Of a stretch of 64,000 bases of DNA, positions 54,880-64,000 are shown in pieces (position 1 is the stretch's first letter; each line of letters starts with the position of its first letter). Location: positions 864-64,863 of the forward strand of contig DATIIS010000030.1 of assembly GCA_035479415.1 (NCBI GenBank), read 5' to 3'. This stretch comes from Candidatus Saccharimonadales bacterium. GTDB taxonomy: Bacteria > Patescibacteriota > Microgenomatia > Levybacterales > UBA12049. Below the pieces are notes generated by a model. That model ran no database searches. It had not been told where the DNA came from and saw only the letters and a list, made by a program, of their open reading frames with translations. Position numbers and translations under genes: made by a program.

Positions 54880-55269
54880 ATGGATGGCAGTAATAGTAAG
54901 AAAGTATTAGTTATAGAAGATGAAGCACCAATGCGTGATGCTATCGGTGACACGCTTGCTCAACATGGTTTTACCGTTCTGAGATGCGACAATGGTAAAG
55001 ATGGTCTTGATACAGCACTTCGCGAACATCCTGATCTTCTGCTCTTGGATATTTTTATGCCCAAAATGGATGGTTTGACAATGCTTGAGACAATTCGTAA
55101 TGATGCGTGGGGACATGATGTTCCTGTCATCATCCTTACCAACCTCAACCCTGACGCAGACAAAACCATCAAAACAATTCTTGACCACAAACCCGCCTTT
55201 TATCTCATCAAATCAAACGTCACTCTGGAGGCAATTGTCTCCAAGATTAAAGAAGTCCTCAATATGTAG
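54880..55269 (+). CDS. Stand-alone response-regulator receiver protein
   Basis: EDE, LLLDIFMP, LTN and IKS receiver pattern. No output domain. Confidence 0.85.
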   Translation: MDGSNSKKVLVIEDEAPMRDAIGDTLAQHGFTVLRCDNGKDGLDTALREHPDLLLLDIFMPKMDGLTMLETIRNDAWGHDVPVIILTNLNPDADKTIKTILDHKPAFYLIKSNVTLEAIVSKIKEVLNM

Positions 55270-55363
55270 TTTGTTGATATCACTAGTTTCAATTATCTTA
55301 AAAAGAAGGATTTGATTGATTAGACAGTATATTTCTCATAATGTAATATGCTATAATTTTTTA

Positions 55364-56053
55364 ATGTCAGCAGACTATAAATACTCAATCTTAAAAGATA
55401 TACTCGCCGTTAAGATCGCTAATAAAAAAGTATGGAAAGATCGCATACGTAATCAAACTCATTTTCTTCATCTACTTGAAGATGTTTTTGGAACAGATAT
55501 TTCTAATGAATCATTTGGGTTTTATCCAAAAAGAATTTATTTCGCAACTTCATTGACAGCGGACCCAAAATACACAAAAAGTATGATGCCATATTGGCAC
55601 AAAATAATTAAGGCAATAGAGAAGTTAGACTGGACAGTTTATTCTCCATTTGATCAATCCAATCCTCACTCAAAGATTCCAGATGGACTTGATTCATATC
55701 AGATACGCGATCTTGATCATATCAATGTCCTCAAATCTGAAGCTGCACTTATGGATCTCAATAGGCCCTCTCATGGAGTTGGACAAGAAATTGAAATGGG
55801 GCTTTCAGTGCCAAAGATTGGCTTTTCTCAAGAGAAAGTTTCACGTATGGTTAAAGGTATGCCAGGAATACTTGTTCTTAACTATAAAGATGAAAAAGAA
55901 CTTATCAGTCTTCTGAAAAAAATATTTCAAAGGACCAGTTATAAAAAAGAGCCGTTTTATATCGAAAAATGCTCAGAGCATTCAACAAAAAGTATCTTTA
56001 AAGGAGAAATTTGTCTTAACTGCGAATTTGATTCATATATTCATAAAGTGTAA
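55364..56053 (+). CDS. Nucleoside 2-deoxyribosyltransferase-like (NDT/SLOG-fold) protein with C-terminal Cys-rich tail (tentative)
   Basis: RIYFATSL ... VYSPF ... IRDLDHINVLKSEAALMDLNRPSHGVGQEIEMG follows the NDT-family pattern. It has its own TGcTATAAT (55349-55357) 6 nt before the ATG, so it is probably leaderless. Confidence 0.4.
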   Translation: MSADYKYSILKDILAVKIANKKVWKDRIRNQTHFLHLLEDVFGTDISNESFGFYPKRIYFATSLTADPKYTKSMMPYWHKIIKAIEKLDWTVYSPFDQSNPHSKIPDGLDSYQIRDLDHINVLKSEAALMDLNRPSHGVGQEIEMGLSVPKIGFSQEKVSRMVKGMPGILVLNYKDEKELISLLKKIFQRTSYKKEPFYIEKCSEHSTKSIFKGEICLNCEFDSYIHKV

Positions 56054-56093
56054 CTTTTTTACATTTCTCTCCTGAAGTATTATAATCTTCCCA

Positions 56094-57140
56094 ATGGTTA
56101 ATATCATCCTCACGTTTCTCATTCTTGTTCTTGTTATTGGAGGAGTGAGTTATTCAACCTTATCTAGACATATGATTGCTCATACCGTTGAGCAGGTTAC
56201 AAAAAAAGTTTCTCATGTAAATTCTCCAACTCCAACAGTTTCGTCACCTCTTGCAATTGCGAACATGCGGCATAAATCATATCCTGGAAGCGATATTGCC
56301 ATAGAACAAACGCTTAGTCCTGGCGAGAATTATAAAAGATATCTTGTTTCATACAGATCAGATGGATTAAAAATTTATAGTTTGCTCACAGTTCCCACTG
56401 GCACCAAACCAAAAGATGGCTGGCCTGTTATCATGTTCAATCATGGATATATTCCACCTGCATCATATTCAACTGCGAGTAGCTATGCAGTGATGATTGA
56501 TCCATTGGCTGCTGCTGGATATATCGTTATGGCTCCTGATTATCGTGGCAATAATAATTCTCAAGGAATACCAACACAGCCATATATAACACCTGATTAT
56601 GTAACTGACAGCATGAATGCACTTGCATCGGTTAAAAAATATAAAGACGCTAATCCTGAGAAAATTGGAGTTTTTGGTCATTCGATGGGAGGCAATATCA
56701 CGCTTCATGAACTTGTGATGACACACGATATCAAAGCAGCAGAACTTATGGCTGGAACTGTTGGTAGTGAATCCGCACTTCTTCAATGGTGGAATCACCG
56801 TATCTCCGCTCACAGTATAATAGGTAATGATTTGGATACCTCAAAAGTCGTTCAACAAATGGTCAAAGATAACGGGACTCCCACAACTAATCCTACCTAT
56901 TGGAACGCAATTGATCCTACGCAATCTATTAGTTTCATAACTGCTCCGGTCCAACTTCAGGTGGGCAGCGCTGATGTGGAAGTTCCTCTAGATTTTTCAA
57001 TAACTCTTAAAAACTCCTTACAAAGTGCTGGTAAACTAGTAGATTATCATGAATACAGCGGTGCGGATCATAACTTGAGTCCTGATACTGCCACTGCGAT
57101 GTCCATGAGTATTGCTTTCTTTAACAAATATTTGAAGTAG
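56094..57140 (+). CDS. Alpha/beta hydrolase (S9 peptidase / dienelactone hydrolase-like)
   Basis: N-terminal TM anchor, nucleophile elbow GVFGHSMGG, and a late GADH segment giving the Asp/His of the triad. Confidence 0.7.
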   Translation: MVNIILTFLILVLVIGGVSYSTLSRHMIAHTVEQVTKKVSHVNSPTPTVSSPLAIANMRHKSYPGSDIAIEQTLSPGENYKRYLVSYRSDGLKIYSLLTVPTGTKPKDGWPVIMFNHGYIPPASYSTASSYAVMIDPLAAAGYIVMAPDYRGNNNSQGIPTQPYITPDYVTDSMNALASVKKYKDANPEKIGVFGHSMGGNITLHELVMTHDIKAAELMAGTVGSESALLQWWNHRISAHSIIGNDLDTSKVVQQMVKDNGTPTTNPTYWNAIDPTQSISFITAPVQLQVGSADVEVPLDFSITLKNSLQSAGKLVDYHEYSGADHNLSPDTATAMSMSIAFFNKYLK

Positions 57141-57142
57141 AC

Positions 57143-57586
57143 TTATTTTGTTGAATAGTCAGCAGTAGTAAGTGATGTTTTGGTCAGAAGAGCAAGCAGT
57201 TGTTGTTTGTCTTTCTCAGACAAATTTTGAAGACTAGGTGGTGCATAGGAAGCAAGAGCTTCTGCGAATTTCTCGCATAACTTAGCACCTTTTGGAGTAA
57301 GGGTAATCATTTTTGCTCTTCTATCATTTGGATTTTCTTCTCTTTTTATAAATTTACTTTGAAATAATTTATCGACGAGCCCTGTGACATTGGAAGCATC
57401 ACAATTTAACATATAGGAAAGAGAGTTCATTGGGATAGAGTTATCTGATTCGAGGAGGCAAAGTGTATACATCTGCATTACGGTCAAATTATGCTTTTCA
57501 GCAATGTGCATGAGGCCATGTTTGGCATTAATTGCAACTTTAAGAAGCTGCCAATAGAGATTGTTTTGCAAGTTTGCTTTAGTCAT
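57143..57586 (-). CDS. MarR-family transcriptional regulator
   Basis: Winged-helix pattern (LTVMQMYTLCLL..., VTGLVDKLFQSKFIKREENPNDRRAKMITLTPKG). ATG at 57586 preferred so the divergent promoter stays intergenic. Confidence 0.8.
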   Translation of the reverse strand: MTKANLQNNLYWQLLKVAINAKHGLMHIAEKHNLTVMQMYTLCLLESDNSIPMNSLSYMLNCDASNVTGLVDKLFQSKFIKREENPNDRRAKMITLTPKGAKLCEKFAEALASYAPPSLQNLSEKDKQQLLALLTKTSLTTADYSTK

Positions 57587-57627
57587 GTTAATAGTATTGT
57601 ACATCAAAATTCTTACATTGTAAATAC

Positions 57628-57657
57628 TTGACAAAGTCAATTATTTAATATTATAAT
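57628..57657 (+). promoter_or_regulatory. Promoter of the MFS gene with a palindrome over the -35 box (likely MarR operator)
   Basis: TTGACA (57628-57633), 18-nt spacer, TATAAT (57652-57657). The inverted repeat TTGAC-aaa-GTCAA spans the -35. Confidence 0.5.
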
Positions 57658-57678
57658 GATTGAAGTTTAAAATAATTT

Positions 57679-59121
57679 ATGAAACAAAAATCACCCTGGT
57701 TAATATTTTTACTTGTAGCAATAGCACAATTTATGGTAGTTTTGGATATCTCCATTACCAACGTTGCTCTCCCTACAATCAAACAGACACTCCATTTTTC
57801 AACAAATTCATTGCAGTGGGTAATTACTGCATATGCGCTGACATTTGGGGGATTTTTGCTGCTAGGAGGCCGTGCAGCAGATCTTTTTGGCCGAAGAAGA
57901 ACACTTCTTATAGGAATGATAGCATTCACGATATTCTCATTTCTTATTGGTATATCTCAAAATGCAATTGAGCTTATTGTCCTTCGAGCATTTCAAGGAC
58001 TGGCAGCGGCTCTTATGTCTCCATCTGCACTTTCAATTGTTTTGACAACATTCAAAGAGGGAAGCGCGCGAAATAAAGCGCTAGGGTATTGGTCAACTGT
58101 TGCAACAGGTGGAGCAGCAGTCGGCTTACTGCTGGGTGGTGCATTGACAGAATATCTGGGTTGGAGATGGAATTTCTTTATCAATGTCCCTGTTGGCATT
58201 ATTGTCTCTTACGCAATTTCACAAATTGTTCCACGCCATGAAAGTGAAGCAGATCACAGTGATCTGGATTTGCCAGGCGCACTTCTTGTGACAAGTGGTT
58301 TGATTGTCTTTGTTTTTCTCATTAGCCAGGCGCCTGTATGGGGATTGTTTAGTCTGCCTTCAATTGGACTATTCGTACTTACTGTAATTCTACTTGGTTC
58401 ATTCATCTTTAATGAGTCACGAAGCAAGCATCCACTAGTCCCATTATCAATTTTTAGAGTAAGAAATGTTGTAGGAGCCAATCTTATGATGGCACCTGTT
58501 GCAGCAACAATGTTTGGTAATTTCTTTTTACTTTCTCTTTATATTCAAACAGTGTTGCATTATTCACCTGTTCTGACAGGACTTAGTTTCCTGCCATTCC
58601 CAATTATCATGGGTTATACCTCAACTCGGGTCTCTGGTCTCGTTTCAAAATATGGTTTCAAAAGATTTCTAATCATCGGACCTCTTTTAGTTATGCTTAG
58701 TATGATTTTACTAAGTATGTTGCCTGTTCATGGAAATTATCTTCTCAACATACTTCCTTCAGTTCTTATTATGCCATTGGGGATTGGATTGACATTCATG
58801 CCAATTATTGCCGCAGCTACATCAGGTGTTAAAAATACTGAGACAGGTCTTGCCTCAGGGCTTATCAATACAGCACAGCAAATGGGTGGAGCACTTGGAT
58901 TGTCTATCCTTTCAGGAGTTGCAGCATTTGTTACAACATCCGCAATTAATACAGGCAAGCTTCAGGCAACAGTTATCGGCTATGATAGAGCATTTCTTGT
59001 GTCAGTTATCTTTATGCTATTTGTGACTGTCTTAGCAATAACTGTTATTAGACAAAAGAAGCATCCCAAAGATCAACCTCATACTCAAAAATCTGTAAGT
59101 CATCAGGTTAGTTTTGAATAA
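57679..59121 (+). CDS. MFS transporter, DHA2 (EmrB/QacA, 14-TMS) type
   Basis: FMVVLDISITNVALPTI, GRAADLFGRRR and 14 predicted TM helices. Confidence 0.85.
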   Translation: MKQKSPWLIFLLVAIAQFMVVLDISITNVALPTIKQTLHFSTNSLQWVITAYALTFGGFLLLGGRAADLFGRRRTLLIGMIAFTIFSFLIGISQNAIELIVLRAFQGLAAALMSPSALSIVLTTFKEGSARNKALGYWSTVATGGAAVGLLLGGALTEYLGWRWNFFINVPVGIIVSYAISQIVPRHESEADHSDLDLPGALLVTSGLIVFVFLISQAPVWGLFSLPSIGLFVLTVILLGSFIFNESRSKHPLVPLSIFRVRNVVGANLMMAPVAATMFGNFFLLSLYIQTVLHYSPVLTGLSFLPFPIIMGYTSTRVSGLVSKYGFKRFLIIGPLLVMLSMILLSMLPVHGNYLLNILPSVLIMPLGIGLTFMPIIAAATSGVKNTETGLASGLINTAQQMGGALGLSILSGVAAFVTTSAINTGKLQATVIGYDRAFLVSVIFMLFVTVLAITVIRQKKHPKDQPHTQKSVSHQVSFE

Positions 59122-59206
59122 TCTTCTTTCTTCCACATTGTCCTTTTTAGTATAGTAATACTCAGGATGTCTACTGAAAGGAGTGCTATAATAGGTAAAA
59201 TTGTAT

Positions 59207-61579
59207 ATGGCAAAGAAAATTACAAGTTCTGAAAAAGAAAATCTTAAAAATTTATTTATAAAGAATCCTGTATTTTATAGTCACCTTATTGATCTAGCTC
59301 CTGAAGCAATCGCTATTCACAATAAAGGTAAAATTGTCTATGTAAATCCGGCCGCAAGAAAATTGTTCTCCATTAAAAATGAAAAAGACGTTATCGGAAA
59401 ATCAGTCATGGATTTTATTCATCCTGATTCTATTCCACTGATTCAAGCTAGAATTAAGAAAATGCTAAGCAAGAAAAGAGTTGCTCCCTTTGCTCTTGAA
59501 AAATTTATTGATACAAAAGGAAATACTATTTTGGCAGAAACCAAAGCTGTACCTTTTGCTTATCAGGGTGAGACTGCAATTATTGCAATTATGCGTGATG
59601 TAACAAAAAGCAATAAAGAGGAAGAGCAGCAACTTTTTCTTAACAGTGTAAGCAAACTATTAAGTTCCTCAATTGAATACACAACAACACTCAAAAATGT
59701 TATTGGAAGCATTGTCCCATCTCTTGCAGATTATAGTCGTTTAATTTTGGTAGATGATAAGGGTCAGGTTATTGAAGAAGTTTCTTATCACGTTAATCCT
59801 CAAAAATTAAAATATGTAAATAAACTATATGATACATATCGCAATAGTCCAGGTGTAAGCTATGGTGTAAGTTCAATTCTATCAAAAGGTAAGCCTGAGA
59901 TATTTGAACGAGTTGATGAGGCATCAATGAAAAAATTTAAAGATAATAAACAACTTACAGAAGTCATTAATAAATTGGGATTAACTTCTTATATGGGGGT
60001 ACCACTTAAAGCAAGAAATAAAGTGATTGGAGCTCTTACATTTTCGTCCATTAAAAAGGACAGAATTTATACAAAGAATGATCTGCGTTTTGCTGAAGAA
60101 GTTGCTCAACGAATTGCAAGCGCAATTGAAAATTCGAGGCTGTATACTCAAGCACAAAAAACAATTGAAGCAGAACAACGATTGGCAGCAATTGTTGAAT
60201 TCTCTGATGATGCAATTGTAAGTAAGCGGCTTGATGGTACTATTACGAGCTGGAATAAATCTGCACAGAAGGTATTTGGCTATACGGCCCAAGAAGCAAT
60301 TGGTAAAAATATCCGAATGCTTATTCCGAAAGAGCTACAATCTGAAGAAAATAGAATTATTCATAATATTAAAAATGGAAAACATATTGAGCACTATGAA
60401 ACTGTCAGGGTAAGAAAAGATGGGAAACAAATATTTGTTTCCCTGACGATCTCTGCAATTAAAGATAATCAAGGTAAAATCATCGGCGCATCCAAAATCG
60501 CTCGTGATATCAGTGATAAGAAAAAAATTGAAAATGAACTTGCACATCTTGCATCTTTGGTTGAATCAAGTTCTGATGCGATTTGGAGTAGTACGCTTGA
60601 TAATACAATTCTTAGTTGGAATAAGGGTGCTGAAGAGATATATGGTTATACTGCAAAAGAAATGATAGGTAAGAATGGAGTTACCTTTGTTGTCCCACCT
60701 GAAAAAGTAAAAGAACGTGAAGACATAATAAAAAGAGTCAGTAAAGGTGAAAAAATACAAAATCTTGAAACAACTCGTCGAAAAAAAGATGGAAGCATAA
60801 TTGATGTTTCGATGACTGTTTCTTCACTTAAAGATCCTCAAGGGAAGATAATTGGAATATCAGCAATTGTACGAAATATTACTGAGCAAAAAGAACAAGA
60901 GAAATTAAAAGATGAATTTATTTCTATGGCATCTCATGAACTAAAAACTCCTATTACAAGTATGAAAATGTTTCTTGATATTTTAAGTAATTCGCTCGGA
61001 GATAGCAATCCGCAAGCTCAATCATTTGTTAAAAGAATTAATGATCAGACTAATAAAATGAAAGATTTGGTAAATGATCTTCTAGATGTATCACGTATTG
61101 GAACAGGCAAATTGAGTTTTAATCACGAGAAATTCTTCCTTGATGAAGCTATCAAAGATACAATAGAAAGTATTCAGCCTGCTTCTCCAAAGCATATGCT
61201 TAAGTATAAGGACAGTATATCTTTACCTGTATATGGCGATAAGTTCCGTATATATCAGGTCATTACTAATTTATTAAATAATGCAATTAAATACTCTCCA
61301 CAAAGTAATAAAGTTATTATTTCGACAAAAATAAAAGATAGACAAGTAATTGTTTCAGTAAAAGATTTTGGTATTGGGATTCCTAAAGATAAACAACATA
61401 AAATTTTCGAGAAATTATACCAGGTAACAGATCCTCAAGTTAAGACATTTCCTGGTCTTGGTATGGGGCTGTATATCTCAAGAGAAATTATTAACGGACA
61501 TAATGGAAAGATGTGGGTAAAAAGTGAAAAAGGAAAAGGATCTACTTTTTATTTTAGTCTTACATTGGACCAAAAATAG
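59207..61579 (+). CDS. Cytoplasmic multi-sensor histidine kinase (PAS-GAF-PAS-PAS-HisKA-HATPase_c)
   Basis: Three PAS-like modules and a GAF-like module. H-box SMASHELKTPITSM, N-box LLNNAIKYS, G-boxes DFGIGIP and GLGMGL. Confidence 0.9.
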   Translation: MAKKITSSEKENLKNLFIKNPVFYSHLIDLAPEAIAIHNKGKIVYVNPAARKLFSIKNEKDVIGKSVMDFIHPDSIPLIQARIKKMLSKKRVAPFALEKFIDTKGNTILAETKAVPFAYQGETAIIAIMRDVTKSNKEEEQQLFLNSVSKLLSSSIEYTTTLKNVIGSIVPSLADYSRLILVDDKGQVIEEVSYHVNPQKLKYVNKLYDTYRNSPGVSYGVSSILSKGKPEIFERVDEASMKKFKDNKQLTEVINKLGLTSYMGVPLKARNKVIGALTFSSIKKDRIYTKNDLRFAEEVAQRIASAIENSRLYTQAQKTIEAEQRLAAIVEFSDDAIVSKRLDGTITSWNKSAQKVFGYTAQEAIGKNIRMLIPKELQSEENRIIHNIKNGKHIEHYETVRVRKDGKQIFVSLTISAIKDNQGKIIGASKIARDISDKKKIENELAHLASLVESSSDAIWSSTLDNTILSWNKGAEEIYGYTAKEMIGKNGVTFVVPPEKVKEREDIIKRVSKGEKIQNLETTRRKKDGSIIDVSMTVSSLKDPQGKIIGISAIVRNITEQKEQEKLKDEFISMASHELKTPITSMKMFLDILSNSLGDSNPQAQSFVKRINDQTNKMKDLVNDLLDVSRIGTGKLSFNHEKFFLDEAIKDTIESIQPASPKHMLKYKDSISLPVYGDKFRIYQVITNLLNNAIKYSPQSNKVIISTKIKDRQVIVSVKDFGIGIPKDKQHKIFEKLYQVTDPQVKTFPGLGMGLYISREIINGHNGKMWVKSEKGKGSTFYFSLTLDQK

Positions 61580-61597
61580 CAGTATACTATTATACAA

Positions 61598-61963
61598 ATG
61601 CAGAGAAAGATACTTATTATCGAAGACGATATCGATATTTTAGATGCAATACAATTTATACTTGAGAGAGAAAATTATGAAGTTTGGTCGACTACAAAAG
61701 GAGAAGAAGTATACAAAAAAATAAAAGAATTTAAGCCAGAACTTATTATTCTTGATGTCCTTATCTCTGGAAGCGATGGAAGAACAATTTGCAAAAATCT
61801 AAAATCCAACAAACAAACTTCGCATATACCAGTTATTATGATGTCAGCTCATCCTACTGTAGAAAAAGAATATAAACAATTTGGTGGAGATGATTTTCTT
61901 GCTAAACCTTTTGAAACAGATGAATTATTGTCTGCAGTAAACAATAATTTACTAACAAAATAA
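61598..61963 (+). CDS. Stand-alone response-regulator receiver protein
   Basis: EDD, IILDVLI, MSA and AKPF. Paralog of the 50120-50482 product. Confidence 0.85.
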   Translation: MQRKILIIEDDIDILDAIQFILERENYEVWSTTKGEEVYKKIKEFKPELIILDVLISGSDGRTICKNLKSNKQTSHIPVIMMSAHPTVEKEYKQFGGDDFLAKPFETDELLSAVNNNLLTK

Positions 61964-61965
61964 CA

Positions 61966-62391
61966 ATGAAACGAGTTTTTTCACAACATAAAATTATTAT
62001 TCTCTCCATACTTACAGCACTTATATATGTTATTCTTTTCATTCCAGTTATAAAGACGATTACTCCTCTCAATCTCAACTCCGTCAGCCCTTGTATCAAT
62101 CCAGACCCAGTACAATTTAAATATCTATGTAATCTTGAAGTCTCTATTACCTTACCTGAATTTTTTCAGGAACATAGCAAAATAAATACAATTAATTTTC
62201 CTCTATTTCTTGCCTATTGGATTGGCTTGTCAGGAATTTTTTATAGCGGAAGTATTCTTTCTCTCTCTGTTCTAAATCATTACAAAACGAAAAATAAATT
62301 GGCTCATATGGTTATCAAAATTCTACTTCTTGGGCTATTACTTCTTATTGCATTGTGTGTAACTCTTTTACCGAGCTTCTTTGGGTTCTAA
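61966..62391 (+). CDS. Hypothetical membrane protein
   Basis: 141-aa ORF with about four TM helices, 2 nt after the receiver gene. Confidence 0.5.
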   Translation: MKRVFSQHKIIILSILTALIYVILFIPVIKTITPLNLNSVSPCINPDPVQFKYLCNLEVSITLPEFFQEHSKINTINFPLFLAYWIGLSGIFYSGSILSLSVLNHYKTKNKLAHMVIKILLLGLLLLIALCVTLLPSFFGF

Positions 62392-62399
62392 ACCATTTT

Positions 62400-63029
62400 T
62401 TATGACTTTTTCTTCGACTCTTCTTTTGGCTTAATAGACATAATTGCGGCACTTGAAAGAAGCGTTGCGTTTGGAAGGAGAACTTTAGTGCCGTCATCTA
62501 ATTCTAATTTGGTGTGAGTGAGCCCCATATCAATTATTGTCCCTGTATATTCTCCAAATGCGCCGCCTTTAATATATGTCCGTTGGCCCACTTTAAAAGG
62601 TTGAGAGATAAGCAAAATTATACTAGCAAAAAAATTGGCAAGTGCTTGTTGAGCCGCTACTCCGAGAATAATTCCTGTGACAGCACTGCCAAGAAGAAGC
62701 GTTTGGATAGGGACATTGATAAGACTTAATGTCTCCAATAAAATAATTGGATATCCAATTGTTCTTAAAATAAATTGAATTGTTGTTGCACGTCCTACTC
62801 CAAGGTAAGGATAGGTAAATTTTCGAATTATTTCAGTAAATGTGTTAAGTGCTGTGCTTGCAAAAAAAATAAATCCAGCAATTCCGATAATTGCGATTAA
62901 TTTAGGATTTACCTCAGCGCTTTTTGCGTTCCATTCAGTGCTTGCTATAGTTGCAAAAATTATTGCCAAAATAAATGTAATGATGAGTTTGCTATTTATT
63001 ATTCGCCACAGAGGTTTTGCAACAGACAT
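62400..63029 (-). CDS. Small mechanosensitive channel (MscS family)
   Basis: Three TM helices, then GVAAQQALANFFASIILLISQPFKVGQRTYI...GTIIDMGLTHTKL, the MscS pore/beta-domain pattern. Confidence 0.7.
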   Translation of the reverse strand: MSVAKPLWRIINSKLIITFILAIIFATIASTEWNAKSAEVNPKLIAIIGIAGFIFFASTALNTFTEIIRKFTYPYLGVGRATTIQFILRTIGYPIILLETLSLINVPIQTLLLGSAVTGIILGVAAQQALANFFASIILLISQPFKVGQRTYIKGGAFGEYTGTIIDMGLTHTKLELDDGTKVLLPNATLLSSAAIMSIKPKEESKKKS

Positions 63030-63056
63030 TGTGTTAGCATAGCAAAGGTATTACCA

Positions 63057-63605
63057 ATGAGTCAAATGTCTGTTATAATGCTCAACAATATGAAAAATAT
63101 AGTACTTAATTCGAGATATTCTGTTGAGGAATGTCTAAGGATTCTGAAAGATAATTCAAGAAAAAATACATTATTACCTAATTTTAGTAACTTTGATAAA
63201 AAATATCAATTTGAAAGCGATAAAGATACCTTTATCCTTAAGAGGATTTATAGTAGAAATTATTATGCACCAATACTTAAAGGAAAGCTTACAAAGATTA
63301 GCAGTGGAACACGACTTGAAGGAGAGTTTGAAACTCGATCATGGGCTAAAACTTATACCATAATATGGTTTGCGTTTGCTATATTATTGTGTATCTCTAT
63401 GGTTATTCTTGGTATACACAATCTCTTTACTCAAAAGAAATTTATATTTGATTCCCTATTCCCAGTATTCTTCCCCATGTTTTTTATTTTATTTGGTGTG
63501 AATGTTTTTAAATCAATGAAGAGACAAGCACAAGGATGGGAGAAAGAGATGATTGAATTCTTGCAAAAGAAATTGGAATCAACTAGCCTCTCTGAACAGA
63601 GGTAA
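63057..63605 (+). CDS. Hypothetical protein with two C-terminal TM helices
   Basis: 182-aa ORF. No family recognised. Confidence 0.5.
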   Translation: MSQMSVIMLNNMKNIVLNSRYSVEECLRILKDNSRKNTLLPNFSNFDKKYQFESDKDTFILKRIYSRNYYAPILKGKLTKISSGTRLEGEFETRSWAKTYTIIWFAFAILLCISMVILGIHNLFTQKKFIFDSLFPVFFPMFFILFGVNVFKSMKRQAQGWEKEMIEFLQKKLESTSLSEQR

Positions 63606-63615
63606 AATATATATT

Positions 63616-64000
63616 ATGTTTCTTTTATTACATTTACTTGCTTATCGCAGGAAATTATTTTTTCTTTTCGTTTTTTTAGTAGCGCTAGGAGTATTATCTA
63701 GCATATACTTTACATATAACGACCTTACACAAGGTCCTTCTGTTAAGATAAATGACACAGAAATGTTAGTCTCTACACTACCTGATATTGAGAGCTCGTT
63801 TCAAAGCATGGAAGATAAAGGTATTGATGTTAATAAACCACTCATCTACGGTTATTATTTTTACGATCATGATAAAAATAAATTGTTAGCTTTCAGTAAA
63901 GTTCTTCAAAAGGAAGGGTTTTATATAGGGATATTAGATGAAAGCGCTACATATTCAAGCGACCATCAATATCTGCTTTATGTAACTGAAACGACAATAC
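63616..64000 (+). CDS. Hypothetical membrane-anchored protein, 3'-truncated by window edge
   Basis: ATG at 63616, open frame to the window end, N-terminal TM helix (LFFLFVFLVALGVLSSIYF). Confidence 0.45.
   Translation, partial: MFLLLHLLAYRRKLFFLFVFLVALGVLSSIYFTYNDLTQGPSVKINDTEMLVSTLPDIESSFQSMEDKGIDVNKPLIYGYYFYDHDKNKLLAFSKVLQKEGFYIGILDESATYSSDHQYLLYVTETTI

Overview
AT-rich, gene-dense bacterial window using the standard genetic code (TAA, TAG and TGA all end well-supported genes). The content resembles a reduced Patescibacteria/CPR-type genome; this is an inference, no rRNA is present. It has few metabolic genes, many small membrane or secreted proteins of unknown family, a class-F-like sortase and an AspRS without the GAD insertion. 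Recognisable housekeeping genes: aspS (5' partial), gltX, def, lon. Envelope genes: D-Ala-D-Ala carboxypeptidase, L,D-transpeptidase, GH18, uppP, dgkA, PAP2 and polytopic GT-C-like proteins. Metal homeostasis: FTR1-like permease with an Rrf2 regulator, VIT1, NRAMP. There is an ABC-2 exporter, a marR-MFS pair, a small stress-protein trio, and five histidine-kinase/response-regulator sets within about 18 kb. The most notable region is about 6.6-13.3 kb. A canonical tRNA-Gln(CUG) is preceded by a tandem 73-nt repeat that contains its own 5' end. It is followed by a minus-strand block encoding a large serine recombinase whose last ~20 codons are antisense to the tRNA. The same block carries HTH/DUF5659/terminase-small-subunit-like genes, an FtsK/SpoIIIE-type ATPase lacking TM and gamma domains, and a translationally coupled nucleotidyltransferase plus 2TM/beta-rich pair with minimal type I CBASS architecture (SMODS/CD-NTase plus Cap15-like effector). 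Other points worth checking: an aminotransferase homolog with the PLP lysine replaced by Gln and no canonical start for its conserved N-terminus, inside a six-gene minus-strand cluster; a CIRCE-spaced palindrome over the lon promoter; a promoter-to-terminator sRNA candidate downstream of lon; and a sortase locus with a tiny Thr/Pro-rich secreted peptide. All family assignments come from motif recognition by eye. No searches were run.
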